DNA of 64,000 nt from Bacteroidota bacterium (GCA_016866335.1 VGMT01000011.1:4033-68032); one strand, 5' to 3'; shown: positions 52,146 to 62,236, numbered from the stretch's first letter. Made by a program: numbers and translations. The notes: a model not told the origin generated them from the letters alone.

Positions 52146-52976
52146 ATGAAAAACCTGTTTCTCATACTGCGCAAACTGCGTCTGTTGTGGGTTTTTTTGC
52201 TGTTTCACGGAATTTCATTGGTGTTTATTGTACGGCAGTTTAAATACCACCAATCTGTTTTGTTTGAAACCTCGGCACCCCTTACCCGTGAATGGTGGAC
52301 TCGGGTAAAAGAAGCCGAGCATTTTTTGTTTTTAACCAGCGAAAACGAACTGCTGCATAAAGAGGTTAACCGATTGCGTATGCAGGTTATGCAGCAGCAG
52401 GTAAATGGCGAAAGTTTGTGCTGGAACAGCGACACAGCTTTGCTTGTTCCGTATTCTTGGTTGCCTGCCCGGCTTATTCATTTAACCTTAAATCAAAGCC
52501 AAAACCGATTTACACTCAATCGGGGTAGTTTGCAGGGACTCAAGGCCGACATGGGGGTCATTGGCCCCGGTGGGGTAGTGGGTGTCATTACTCAGGTTGG
52601 CCCGCATTTGGCAACCGGCTTAACCTTAATGAACGAGGGGCAGGGATTGCTGCTGTCGGTCCGGCTAAAATCGTCTGGAGAACTTGGGAATTTGGTTTGG
52701 GACGGAAAATCGGCTTGCTGTGCCCGAATAGAAGGACTGGCGACCCATGTAAAGGTGAATCCTAGCGACACAGTTGAAACCAGTGGATTGTCATCGATAT
52801 TTCCGAGAGGCATTGCCGTGGGGTATATTTTAGAAAAACGGAGCGATCAAGATGTGGAGGCAGGTTATGCCACGCTGCGTTTTGCCACGCGTTTTTCGGC
52901 GCTTGACCACGTTATGGTTCTAGATTACACCTACCAAGCCGAACAAGATACGCTTGAAAATCCTGAATTGCCATGA
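52146..52976 (+). CDS. mreC: Rod shape-determining protein MreC
   Basis: TM plus coiled coil, LNRGS..G...MGV, ETSGLSSIFPRGI; synteny. Confidence 0.9.
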   Translation: MKNLFLILRKLRLLWVFLLFHGISLVFIVRQFKYHQSVLFETSAPLTREWWTRVKEAEHFLFLTSENELLHKEVNRLRMQVMQQQVNGESLCWNSDTALLVPYSWLPARLIHLTLNQSQNRFTLNRGSLQGLKADMGVIGPGGVVGVITQVGPHLATGLTLMNEGQGLLLSVRLKSSGELGNLVWDGKSACCARIEGLATHVKVNPSDTVETSGLSSIFPRGIAVGYILEKRSDQDVEAGYATLRFATRFSALDHVMVLDYTYQAEQDTLENPELP

Positions 52977-53482
52977 TTGCGTTCCTAAATTACTTTGTTC
53001 GGGGGCTGCTGTTTCTAGTTTTAGAATGGTTGGTTGTTTCTAAATTGGAACCGGGGCCGGGCTGGTCTCCTGTTTTATATCCCATGTTTTTCTTTGCATT
53101 GCCGGTTCAATTTTCGGCCTCGGCCAGAATGATGCTTGGATTTGCTTTTGGGCTCTTGTTGGATTTGGGTTTAGGAACAGGTGGCTTGCATGCTGCCTCG
53201 ACCACCGCCATGACCTTTGTGCAGCCATTCATTTTACGCTATTTTTTATCGGTTGATGAACGTGAAACCAACCTGAAACCCGGCCCCAAAAGTTTGGGAT
53301 GGCTTAGGTACTTATGGATGGCCTTTTGGTTGCTTCTGGTTCATCAGTTTTTTTATCAATTGTACAGCTTGTTTTCGTTGGGCGCCCCCGTATTACTGCT
53401 TATGCGCTGGATTGGAAATACATTTATGTCGTTGGCTTTAATCGGTCTTGTTCAGGGACTTTTCTTTAAAAAGAAGAAATAA
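52973..53482 (+). CDS. mreD: Rod shape-determining protein MreD
   Basis: Hydrophobic, FGLLLD...GLHAA; between mreC and mrdA. Confidence 0.85.
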   Translation: MIAFLNYFVRGLLFLVLEWLVVSKLEPGPGWSPVLYPMFFFALPVQFSASARMMLGFAFGLLLDLGLGTGGLHAASTTAMTFVQPFILRYFLSVDERETNLKPGPKSLGWLRYLWMAFWLLLVHQFFYQLYSLFSLGAPVLLLMRWIGNTFMSLALIGLVQGLFFKKKK

Positions 53483-53486
53483 ACCC

Positions 53487-55298
53487 ATGGAAAACCGGCA
53501 GCGCATATACCTGGTTTTAATTGTATTGGTGGGCCTTATTTTTTGGGTTCGTTTGTTTTTTCTGCAGGGTTTGGACGATCGATTTAAATTGGCTGCCGAC
53601 ACCTACAGCATTCGCCGATTGGTGAACCAACCGCTCAGGGGTAATATTTTTGACCGGAATGGGAAGGTTTTGGCTACCAACGATTATGCCTTTGATTTGA
53701 TGGTTATTCCCCTTGAAACGAAGGAAATGGATACCCTTGCTTTGGCCACTCTTACCGAGGTTCCTATTGAAGAAATGAGGAACGCATGGAAAAAGGTGAA
53801 TAAGAACATTGAAAAGAAACGGCGCTACAAACGCCAACCGCAACCCTTAATTCGGGATTTGTCTCAAAAATCCATCGCCGCTTTTCAAGAAAAAATGTAC
53901 CGATTCCCTGGCCTTTACGTTGAAAAACGATCGGTACGCCGATACCCAGAACCCTTTGCTGCGCATGCCCTAGGTTATGCGCGCGAAGCCGATGCTGCGG
54001 TGCTTGAAAAAGACGCCTATTACCAGCCGGGCGATTACGTCGGAGTGGCGGGAATTGAAAGGGCATACGAGCCATATCTGCGCGGGGTAAAAGGCGTGCG
54101 TAAAATTTATGTAGATGTACGAAACAACGAAAAGGGAAGCTTTATGGATGGGCTGTACGATACCCTTCCGGTTCCTGGTGCAGACTTAACCAGTACCCTA
54201 GACATTGAACTTCAAAAGTACGGTGAGCAGTTGATGCAGGGCAAACGCGGAGCTATTGTTGCCATTGAACCAGCTACGGGCGAAATTCTGGTACTGGTTT
54301 CCTCGCCCTCTTTTGACCCAAATTGGATGGTGGGCCGAAACCTTCGGCAGCACTACGGTAAATTGATTTTAGATCCGGCAAAACCCATGTTGAATAGAGC
54401 TGTAATGGATGGTTACCCCCCAGGTTCTACCTTTAAGGTAATGAATGCCATGTTGGGGTTGCAGGCTGGAGTAATTAACCCTGCGACGGTGGTGCCTTGT
54501 GGGGGTGGATTCCGAATTTCGTCGGCGCATACCGTAGGTTGCCATGGTCACCCCAACGCCGATTTGCGCTTTTCAATTACCACCAGCTGCAATGCCTACT
54601 ATTGCCATGTATTCAATGAATTAACCAAAACCAATGCCTCAGCCCGACAAGCCTACACAGCCTGGTATTTGGGGGCACAACGCTTTGGATTTGGAACAAA
54701 ACTCGGCACCGATATTCCAGAGGCAAAAACAGGCTTATTGCCCTCGCCTGAATACTACGACAGGGTTCATGGCCAAGGAAAATGGCGGGGACTTACCATA
54801 ATTTCGCTGGGAATTGGGCAGGGCGAACTAAAGGCCAACGCACTTCAAATAGCTAATTTGGCCACCATTATAGCCAACCGTGGATACTTTATTTCCCCGC
54901 ATTTGGGCAAAGCCCTAAACGGAAAACCATTGCCCGATAGTTTGTTTAAACGAAATTACACTCGAATTGATACCGCCCATTTTCAAATTGCTTGGGAGGG
55001 CATGTATGGAGCGGTACATAAACCGGGAGGTACGGCAAAAATTGCCCGGCTCGATTCCATTGCAGTTTACGGCAAAACAGGAACCGCTCAAAATCCGCAT
55101 GGCAAAGACCACTCCGTCTTTATGGCCTTCGCACCCTCAACATCGCCAAAAATTGCCATTGGGGTGCTGGTTGAGAACGGCGGATTCGGAGCTACCTACG
55201 CGGCTCCTATTGCCTCTTTGCTCATGGAAAAATACCTGACCGATACCATAACCCGGCCGGAACTCGAAGAGCGCCTGCTGCAAACTCGATTGGAATGA
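53487..55298 (+). CDS. mrdA: Penicillin-binding protein 2
   Basis: RGNIFDRNG, STFK (SxxK), SCN (SxN), KTGT; ATG 53487 preferred. Confidence 0.94.
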   Translation: MENRQRIYLVLIVLVGLIFWVRLFFLQGLDDRFKLAADTYSIRRLVNQPLRGNIFDRNGKVLATNDYAFDLMVIPLETKEMDTLALATLTEVPIEEMRNAWKKVNKNIEKKRRYKRQPQPLIRDLSQKSIAAFQEKMYRFPGLYVEKRSVRRYPEPFAAHALGYAREADAAVLEKDAYYQPGDYVGVAGIERAYEPYLRGVKGVRKIYVDVRNNEKGSFMDGLYDTLPVPGADLTSTLDIELQKYGEQLMQGKRGAIVAIEPATGEILVLVSSPSFDPNWMVGRNLRQHYGKLILDPAKPMLNRAVMDGYPPGSTFKVMNAMLGLQAGVINPATVVPCGGGFRISSAHTVGCHGHPNADLRFSITTSCNAYYCHVFNELTKTNASARQAYTAWYLGAQRFGFGTKLGTDIPEAKTGLLPSPEYYDRVHGQGKWRGLTIISLGIGQGELKANALQIANLATIIANRGYFISPHLGKALNGKPLPDSLFKRNYTRIDTAHFQIAWEGMYGAVHKPGGTAKIARLDSIAVYGKTGTAQNPHGKDHSVFMAFAPSTSPKIAIGVLVENGGFGATYAAPIASLLMEKYLTDTITRPELEERLLQTRLE

Positions 55299-56674
55299 GT
55301 ACAAACGATCGCCGTGGAGGTTTTGTAGGTCAGGTTGACTGGGTTTTGGTTGGCATATACCTGATTTTGGTCGTTGTAGGCTGGATGCATATTTGGTCTG
55401 CTGTCCCCAGCCAGGAAAGGCTTTCACCCTTTGATTTTTCAAGTGAGGCAGGCAAACAGTTCGCCTGGATACTAATTTGCTTTTTGGTGGGGGCAGTCTT
55501 GATGCTAACCGACATGAAACTGTATTATGTTTTGCGCTGGCCCTTTTTCGCCCTTGGATTGGCTTTGCTGCTATTGGTTTTGGCCATTGGGCAAGAGGTT
55601 GGAGGAAATAAAAGCTGGATTGTTCTGAACTCCTTCATTAAAATTCAACCCTCAGAATTTGCAAAGTACTTTACCGCTTTGGCCTTGGCAGGTTATTTGT
55701 CAACCCCCCTTCATTTGGCTCCTCCGGCTGCCCGTTGGCCTACGTTTTTCTGGATTTTTATGGCTCCCATAACACTGGTTATGAGTTTGGCCGATTTGCT
55801 TTTGGGCCAAGGCCTTCAAATGAAACGCGTAGTATATTGGTTAAAGGCTTTTGTCATTATTGGTGTGCCCGCAATTTTGGTTTTGGCCGAAAAGGACACC
55901 GGCTCCACCTTGGTGTACGCTGCATTTGTGTTGGCCATGTTTCGTTTTGGGCTCTATTTGCTCCTATTCTATTTGGGTATCGGATTGGCGTTTTTATTTC
56001 TTACCTCTTTGCTTATTCCACCTTGGATTCTGGTCTTAGGTTTGGTGGTTTTATCGCTAGGTATTTGGGTTTTTATTTTAGGACGAAGCCCAAAAGCCAT
56101 CCTTCCTATGGGCTTTTTTTTAGTTCTACTGTCGGGCTTTACCATGGGTGGGCGTTGGGTTTTCGACCATGTATTGATGCCCCACCAACGCACCCGGATT
56201 ATGGTTTTGTTTAACCCTGATTTAGACCCCAAAGGCAGCGGTTGGAATGTGAACAATTCTAAAATGGCCATTGGTTCTGGCTCTTGGTTTGGTAAGGGGT
56301 TTTTGAATGGAACCTTAACCCAATTGAATTTTGTGCCCAAGCAGCATACCGATTTTATTTTTTCGGCCATAGGCGAACAATGGGGTTTGCTCGGCACTAC
56401 GGTGGTTATTTTGCTGTTTCTAACCCTGCTGATGCGCCTTATTTTGCGCGCCGAAATGCAGAGGTCTCCCTTCGCCAAAGCATTCGGTTACATTGTTGCT
56501 TGCATTCTGTTCTTTCACTTTTTCATGAACGTTGGCACAACCATTGGTTTGGCACCCGCGGTAGGGGTTCCCTTGCCCTTTGTGAGTTATGGCGGCTCCA
56601 GTTTGCTGGGCTTTACCTTGCTGTTGTTCACGTTTATAAAATTGGACGCTCAAAATTTAGAGGTTTTAAGGTAG
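55295..56674 (+). CDS. rodA: Peptidoglycan glycosyltransferase RodA
   Basis: IQPSEFAK, AIGSG, HTDFIFS, PFVSYGGSS. Confidence 0.94.
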   Translation: MSTNDRRGGFVGQVDWVLVGIYLILVVVGWMHIWSAVPSQERLSPFDFSSEAGKQFAWILICFLVGAVLMLTDMKLYYVLRWPFFALGLALLLLVLAIGQEVGGNKSWIVLNSFIKIQPSEFAKYFTALALAGYLSTPLHLAPPAARWPTFFWIFMAPITLVMSLADLLLGQGLQMKRVVYWLKAFVIIGVPAILVLAEKDTGSTLVYAAFVLAMFRFGLYLLLFYLGIGLAFLFLTSLLIPPWILVLGLVVLSLGIWVFILGRSPKAILPMGFFLVLLSGFTMGGRWVFDHVLMPHQRTRIMVLFNPDLDPKGSGWNVNNSKMAIGSGSWFGKGFLNGTLTQLNFVPKQHTDFIFSAIGEQWGLLGTTVVILLFLTLLMRLILRAEMQRSPFAKAFGYIVACILFFHFFMNVGTTIGLAPAVGVPLPFVSYGGSSLLGFTLLLFTFIKLDAQNLEVLR

Positions 56675-56675
56675 T

Positions 56676-56823
56676 GGGGCGGCTTTTCGGGCTGTACGCT
56701 TGTATTCAACCCCGCCAAGCTTGGTTGGGGCTGGGCCGTGCGGGGTCCCTGCGGGCCTCCGCCGGCTTGGCCCCAACTGCAAGCTTGGCAGGGTTTCATA
56801 CCGCTGCCATCCCGGCCGCGGGC
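56676..56823 (-). repeat. Rod-like structured repeat, copy E
   Basis: Minus strand GCGGCCGGGATG...CAGCCCGAAAAGCCGCCC; stems GCCAAGCTTG/CAAGCTTGGC, GTTGGGGC/GCCCCAAC, GCCG/CGGC; begins 2 nt after the rodA stop. Confidence 0.8.
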
Positions 56824-56840
56824 GGCCCAATACAATAATA

Positions 56841-57146
56841 TCAAACAGGTTGAACTAAGCTGTACGCTTGGGGTTTACCCTGAAACATGGCCTTGGTTTT
56901 TGACCAGGTTTTAATAAATAAGTCGCTGCTTCTATAGGCATTTAAATCGGCTTCGGAACGCCAATGGCTAAGGGTGTAAAACACATTGGAATCAGCAATA
57001 TCTTGCTTTATTTCAACGCTTAGGCAGCCCCTCATATCGGCAATTTTGGGCTGTGTTTCATAAAACATGTTCAAAAAATCTGGAACCAAGGTTGGGTTGA
57101 ATTCCATTCTAACTATTCGCAACAAGGGAATTTCGTGCTGACTCAT
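56841..57146 (-). CDS. Antibiotic-biosynthesis-monooxygenase (ABM) family protein
   Basis: RIVRMEF, GC, W.SEADLNAYR.S.LF. Confidence 0.8.
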   Translation of the reverse strand: MSQHEIPLLRIVRMEFNPTLVPDFLNMFYETQPKIADMRGCLSVEIKQDIADSNVFYTLSHWRSEADLNAYRSSDLFIKTWSKTKAMFQGKPQAYSLVQPV

Positions 57147-57147
57147 T

Positions 57148-57933
57148 TTATATTCTTTCTTCAGGTTCTATGTTAACGGTTTCTCCTTCATGAATTCCCA
57201 ACATATCGCGAAAATTACCCAGGTGAATGGCCAGCTCTAAATATCCAGATTCATTAAATACGGCCACCAAATTGCCCGCAGGAACCTGAGAATACCGTTC
57301 GCTTATTTGCCTTACGGTGTAAGCCGCCATCCGAAACTGAATTCGAAAACCGGTACCCGTAGGATAAATTTGTTCAAATAAATCCCGATGAATGTTGGTA
57401 ATGGCATTCCCCGTTCGGTCTATGTAAACAATGTTACCCAGAATCCGGCCCTTTCCTACCGAAGGCTGAAAATCCAAACGTTCAACCAGCCTTACTTTTG
57501 AAACACCCCAGGTTTCGGGGCCATTTCCCGAAATGAGTGCTTTTGCCACTCCAGGAAACAATTTTAAGGCCGGAAAACTACCCTCGCCGCCCGCTAAATG
57601 CGAAATGTCCCAGGCTTCTAAAACCTGCCCTTTCAAACCCATAAAGTACTGACCGGTATCTAGGCCTATAAAATATTGATTCCCAAATTCAAAACACACC
57701 AAGGCATAAGACCCCTCTTGAGGGGTTAAGGCCATTAAATGAATGCTGCTGTCAGGAAAATGCCGATAGCATTGGTGCACAATCATGGCGGGCTTACGCA
57801 AATCGCCGGGCGTCAATGCATGACTGATATCAATAAATTGGGCCGATGGTATTTTTTTCATCAAAGCAGCCTTAAGTACCCCGACGTAAAAATCATCGGT
57901 ACCAAAATCGCTGCTAAGGGTAATTAATGCCAT
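57148..57933 (-). CDS. SAM hydrolase/halogenase family protein (DUF62)
   Basis: ITLSSDFG, DISH, YIDRTGNAITNI, FNESGYLELAI. Confidence 0.88.
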   Translation of the reverse strand: MALITLSSDFGTDDFYVGVLKAALMKKIPSAQFIDISHALTPGDLRKPAMIVHQCYRHFPDSSIHLMALTPQEGSYALVCFEFGNQYFIGLDTGQYFMGLKGQVLEAWDISHLAGGEGSFPALKLFPGVAKALISGNGPETWGVSKVRLVERLDFQPSVGKGRILGNIVYIDRTGNAITNIHRDLFEQIYPTGTGFRIQFRMAAYTVRQISERYSQVPAGNLVAVFNESGYLELAIHLGNFRDMLGIHEGETVNIEPEERI

Positions 57934-58026
57934 TGAGCAAAGGTAGTAAGCAGAACAACAAAAAACATGAGCTGTGTATAAGATAGTCCGTTCGAAGTTC
58001 GTTACTTTTGACTAGGATTATTTGAA

Positions 58027-58980
58027 TTGGAACAGCTGATCATTCATTTGGAACATTTGCACCCTGTTCGCTTGTTTGGGGTTGATTTGGAATTCTTGAA
58101 GCAAATTCAAGGGATTTTTCCTAAAATGAGAATTGTTAACCGGGGGCATGAAATTATTGTTCAGGGAAACAACGAAGAGCTGAATCTGTTTTCGGAGCGG
58201 TTTGGTCATTTGATGACCTATTTTGAACGCTTTGGTAAATTGAATGCCGAGGCTGTTTTGGCTTTAATGCAAGAGGGAGACTCAAGGCCATTGGAAGATC
58301 AGCCGCTAGAACAAGAAGTGGTTGTGTATTCAAACGATGGAGCAGCCATTCGGCCAAGAAGCCAAAACCAGTTAAAGCTGGTGAAAAGCATACAAAACCA
58401 TGACTTAACTTTTGCCGTGGGGCCCGCAGGAACAGGAAAAACATACTTGGCGGTGGCTATGGCGGTTAAAGCCCTGAAAGAAAAGCAGGTTAAAAAAATA
58501 ATTTTAACCCGACCTGCGGTCGAAGCTGGCGAGAACCTAGGATTTTTGCCAGGTGACCTAAATGAAAAATTGTCGCCCTACCTTCAACCCTTGTTTGACG
58601 CCCTTCGTGACATGATTCCCGCCGAAAAACTAAAGCATTACACAGAAACGGGTATTGTACAAATTGCGCCTTTGGCCTACATGAGGGGGCGTACCCTTGA
58701 CCATGCTTTTGTTATTCTTGATGAAGCCCAGAATGCCACGACCAACCAAATGAAAATGTTCCTTACCCGCATGGGTAAATCGGCTACCTTCGTTGTGAAC
58801 GGAGACGTAACCCAAATTGATTTGCCTGCTCGTCAAAAATCGGGCTTGCCCCAAGCCATTCGATTGCTTAAAGGCATAAAGAACATAGGTTTTATCGAAT
58901 TTGCTGAAAAAGATGTGGTTAGGCATCCTTTGGTGAAGAAAATCTTGAATGCATATGCTTCCCACGAATCAGAATCTTGA
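58027..58980 (+). CDS. PhoH-family ATPase (YbeZ-like)
   Basis: GPAGTGKT, RPAVEAGE, LGFLPG, YMRGRT, DEAQN, VVRHPLV. Confidence 0.94.
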   Translation: MEQLIIHLEHLHPVRLFGVDLEFLKQIQGIFPKMRIVNRGHEIIVQGNNEELNLFSERFGHLMTYFERFGKLNAEAVLALMQEGDSRPLEDQPLEQEVVVYSNDGAAIRPRSQNQLKLVKSIQNHDLTFAVGPAGTGKTYLAVAMAVKALKEKQVKKIILTRPAVEAGENLGFLPGDLNEKLSPYLQPLFDALRDMIPAEKLKHYTETGIVQIAPLAYMRGRTLDHAFVILDEAQNATTNQMKMFLTRMGKSATFVVNGDVTQIDLPARQKSGLPQAIRLLKGIKNIGFIEFAEKDVVRHPLVKKILNAYASHESES

Positions 58981-59887
58981 GCCAAAAGTTAGCCATTTGG
59001 TTGAACGCTTTTACAAGGGTAAGGTGCGCGATGTTTACTTTTTAAAAAACGGCAAACTGCTGATGCATGCCAGCGATCGCATATCGGCTTTTGATGCTAT
59101 TTTGCCCAAACCCATACCCGGAAAAGGGGCCCTATTAAATTCACTGGCTGCCTTTTTTTTAAACGAGGCCAGCAGCATATGCCCCGTGTGGTTAGAAAAC
59201 CTGCCTGCACCCCAGGTTTCGGTGGGAAAGGCCTGCAAACCTATTCCCATTGAAATGGTGGTGCGTGGCTACTTGGTTGGCCATGCTCTAAGAACCTATC
59301 AATCTGGGCAGCGAACCCTTTGTGGGGTTCAATTGCCCGAAGGGATGCTGCCTTACCAAGCCTTTAATCGGCCCATTGTTACCCCAGCAACCAAGGCCGA
59401 TCAAGGCCACGACGAAGACATTAGTGCAGCTGAAATAATGGAAAGGGGAATTTTATCTGAAGCCCAATGGAATGAAATTAGTTCGATGGCACTGCGGCTA
59501 TTTGAACAAGGCCAAGCCATGGCGGCCGAACGCGGTTTAATTTTAATGGATACCAAATACGAATTTGGATGGTACCAAAATCAACCCATGCTTATGGACG
59601 AAATCCATACTCCCGACAGTTCACGCTATGCCTATGCTGACGACCTGAAACCGGGAATCAGTCCCAAACAGCTATCCAAGGAATTTGTTCGGGAATGGTT
59701 AATGGAGCAAGGTTTTCAGGGTAAAGAAGGGCAAACCATGCCCATGATGAACGATGAGGTGGTAGAACGTATTTTTGATCGATATGCTGAATTGTATCGC
59801 GCGTTAACCGGTCAGGAGCCGCCTTGCAGAGATGCCTTGAACCCCCAACAATTATTGGTTTTATTGAAAGAGGTTTCAGAAGCATGA
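58955..59887 (+). CDS. purC: SAICAR synthase
   Basis: GKVRDVY, SDRISAFD, EMVVRGY, DTKYEFG, DEIHTPDSSRY; start uncertain. Confidence 0.95.
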   Translation: MLPTNQNLEPKVSHLVERFYKGKVRDVYFLKNGKLLMHASDRISAFDAILPKPIPGKGALLNSLAAFFLNEASSICPVWLENLPAPQVSVGKACKPIPIEMVVRGYLVGHALRTYQSGQRTLCGVQLPEGMLPYQAFNRPIVTPATKADQGHDEDISAAEIMERGILSEAQWNEISSMALRLFEQGQAMAAERGLILMDTKYEFGWYQNQPMLMDEIHTPDSSRYAYADDLKPGISPKQLSKEFVREWLMEQGFQGKEGQTMPMMNDEVVERIFDRYAELYRALTGQEPPCRDALNPQQLLVLLKEVSEA

Positions 59888-60831
59888 AAAAAACCCCCCA
59901 ACCTTTGAATGCCACAGTTTGTCAACCCATCGGGTCATTGGAATTCTTGGCACGGCAGGTGGTTGAGGGTTTTTTAACCGGTCGGCACCGATCGCCTTTT
60001 CACGGCTTTTCTGTGGAATTTGCTGAACATCGCCACTACAGAACCGGCGAATCTACCCGTTTTATCGATTGGAAGCTTTTAGCCAGAACCGACAAATTGT
60101 TTGTTAAACGGTACGAAGAAGAAACCAATTTGCGCTGCCATTTGGCTGTCGATTCGAGCAGCAGCATGCAATTTCGGGGTCAAAATAAAGAGGCATGGTC
60201 GAAACTTGAATTTGCCGCAGCCGCCGCCGCTTCAATAACCGAAATAATGCGAAGGCAGCGCGACGCTTCTGGGCTTTCTTTTTTTGATTCCCACGTTTCC
60301 TCTTACGCTCCTGCTAAGGTCAGCCAATCTCACCAACACAATTTGATTCGTCAACTTGAAGATAAAATTTTTCAACCCAGCCTAAATTTAAAAACCAGCC
60401 TTTGTCCTGTTTTGCACGAAATGGCCGAACGGCTTCCTTCGCGCTCCTTGCTTATGGTATTCAGTGATTTTTTGGAGCCCGATCTTGAATTGAATGAGCA
60501 GATTCGCCACTTCGACCAGGCCTTAGGGCATTTAAAATTTAAAGGGCATGAAGTGGTTTTTTTTCGCATTCTGCATGAATCGGAAGAAGTAAATTTGAAC
60601 TTGGGTAGCCAACCCGTTCAATTGGTGGATTTAGAGACAGGACAAAAAATAAAAACCCAGGCAGATTTGATTCAAGGGGAATTCAAAAATGCCGTTCATG
60701 GCTTTTATCAGGGTATGGAATTAACCGCCCGCAAATACAAAATGGATTGGGTGAATGCCTCGGTAGAACAAGGATTGCAATTGGTTTTATCAACCTATTT
60801 ACGAAAACGTGCACAATTAGCCCGATACTAA
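59884..60831 (+). CDS. DUF58 (VWA-like, MoxR-associated) protein
   Basis: GRHRSPFHGFSVEFAEHR, IDWK, DSSSSM, SDF; ATGA overlap with purC. Confidence 0.92.
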   Translation: MKKTPQPLNATVCQPIGSLEFLARQVVEGFLTGRHRSPFHGFSVEFAEHRHYRTGESTRFIDWKLLARTDKLFVKRYEEETNLRCHLAVDSSSSMQFRGQNKEAWSKLEFAAAAAASITEIMRRQRDASGLSFFDSHVSSYAPAKVSQSHQHNLIRQLEDKIFQPSLNLKTSLCPVLHEMAERLPSRSLLMVFSDFLEPDLELNEQIRHFDQALGHLKFKGHEVVFFRILHESEEVNLNLGSQPVQLVDLETGQKIKTQADLIQGEFKNAVHGFYQGMELTARKYKMDWVNASVEQGLQLVLSTYLRKRAQLARY

Positions 60832-60877
60832 TTCAACAAATTCCCTATTCGGTTGGTTATACCCTAAACGAAATACC

Positions 60878-61459
60878 ATGTTTAAATATCTGTTTCCTGC
60901 TTTTGGCTTTTTGTTTTCATTGTCGTGCCAAGGACAACCCTTAAAACCCATAACCCTTAAAACCAGCAAACCCATGCAATCATTCTACGAATTAGAAGCC
61001 CAATCTATCGAGGGAAAGGCGGTATCTATGTCGGCTTACAAAGGCAAAAAAATTATGATTGTTAATGTGGCCTCTCGTTGTGGTTACACCTCGCAATACA
61101 CCGAACTTCAAGCTTTGTACGAAAAGTACAAAAACAAAAACTTTGTAATTTTAGGTTTCCCTTGCAACCAATTTATGGGACAAGAACCAGGAACGGAAGA
61201 AGAAATTCAGTCCTTTTGCCAAAAAAACTACGGTGTTTCTTTCCCTTTGTTTTCTAAGGTCGAGGTTAAGGGAACCGAGTTGCATCCGATTTACCGTTGG
61301 TTGACTCAAAAATCGTTGAATGGGGTCGAGGATGCCAAGGTATCTTGGAATTTCAATAAATTTTTAATTGACGAAGAAGGTAATTATGTGGTTCATCTAG
61401 AGAGTGGAGCCAAACCAATGGATGCCGAAATTACCGCTTGGATCGAAGGGAAAAAATGA
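60878..61459 (+). CDS. Cys-type glutathione-peroxidase-family protein, possible lipoprotein
   Basis: NVASRCGYT, GFPCNQF, WNFNKFL; N-terminal FSLSC. Confidence 0.93.
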   Translation: MFKYLFPAFGFLFSLSCQGQPLKPITLKTSKPMQSFYELEAQSIEGKAVSMSAYKGKKIMIVNVASRCGYTSQYTELQALYEKYKNKNFVILGFPCNQFMGQEPGTEEEIQSFCQKNYGVSFPLFSKVEVKGTELHPIYRWLTQKSLNGVEDAKVSWNFNKFLIDEEGNYVVHLESGAKPMDAEITAWIEGKK

Positions 61460-62169
61460 TAAAACCGGTAGATGTCCTAGCATTTGGGGCTCATCCCGAC
61501 GACATTGAATTGGGAGCTGCCGGCACCTTGTTGTCGTGCAAGGCAAAGGGCAAAAGCCTTGGATTGGTTGACTTGACCCGCGGAGAATTGGGTACCCGAG
61601 GGAATCCTGAACTGCGCCGCTTAGAAGCCACCGAAGCGGCTAGCATATTGGGTGCAGATTTTAGATACAATTGCGGATTTAAAGACGGAAAATTCGCCTA
61701 CGATGAACAGCATCTTCAACTTCTGATTTCTATTGTTCGGAAGGCAAAGCCCGAATTGGTTCTGGCCAATGCCCTAGAAGACAGGCATCCAGACCATGCT
61801 CGTGCGGCTAAATTGGTGGCCGATGCGTGCTTTTATGCCGGATTGGTTCAATGGCAAGACCCGGAAAATCTACCAGCCCATAGGCCACGGCTCCTGTTGC
61901 ATTACATTCAATTTCAAAATTTAAAACCCGATATCCTGTTAAGCATTGATGGTTTTTTTGAAGCAAAAATGAACAGTATTTTGGCCTATGCTTCTCAGTT
62001 TTACAAGGTTGAAAGCCAGGAGCCCGAAACCCCAATTTCAAATCAAACCTTTTTAGAATCGCTGAAAGGACGTGCTCAAGATTGGGGTAAAATTATTGGT
62101 GTTAGCCATGCCGAAGGCTTTAACAGCTCCAGGCCACTGGGGGTCGAAGATCTTTTTAATTTAAGGTGA
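61456..62169 (+). CDS. bshB1: Bacillithiol biosynthesis deacetylase (PIG-L family)
   Basis: AHPDDIELG, DLTRGELGTRG, DRHPDH, AYASQF, AEGF. Confidence 0.88.
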   Translation: MIKPVDVLAFGAHPDDIELGAAGTLLSCKAKGKSLGLVDLTRGELGTRGNPELRRLEATEAASILGADFRYNCGFKDGKFAYDEQHLQLLISIVRKAKPELVLANALEDRHPDHARAAKLVADACFYAGLVQWQDPENLPAHRPRLLLHYIQFQNLKPDILLSIDGFFEAKMNSILAYASQFYKVESQEPETPISNQTFLESLKGRAQDWGKIIGVSHAEGFNSSRPLGVEDLFNLR

Positions 62170-62185
62170 TTCCGCTGATTTAAAC

Positions 62186-62216
62186 AAAAAAAGGCTGGGA
62201 TAACCCAACCTTTTTT
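62186..62216. terminator. Bidirectional terminator between bshB1 and nhaD
   Basis: A7-GGCTGGG-ATAA-CCCAACC-T6 between convergent genes. Confidence 0.7.
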
Positions 62217-62236
62217 GCGTACTGTTTGGTTGAACA

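Noticed and set aside
57148-57933. Fluorinase/chlorinase natural-product cluster
   Set aside because: Housekeeping context next to phoH with no biosynthetic genes; best read as a DUF62 family member.
60878-61459. Selenocysteine in the peroxidase
   Set aside because: The active-site codon is TGT (Cys).
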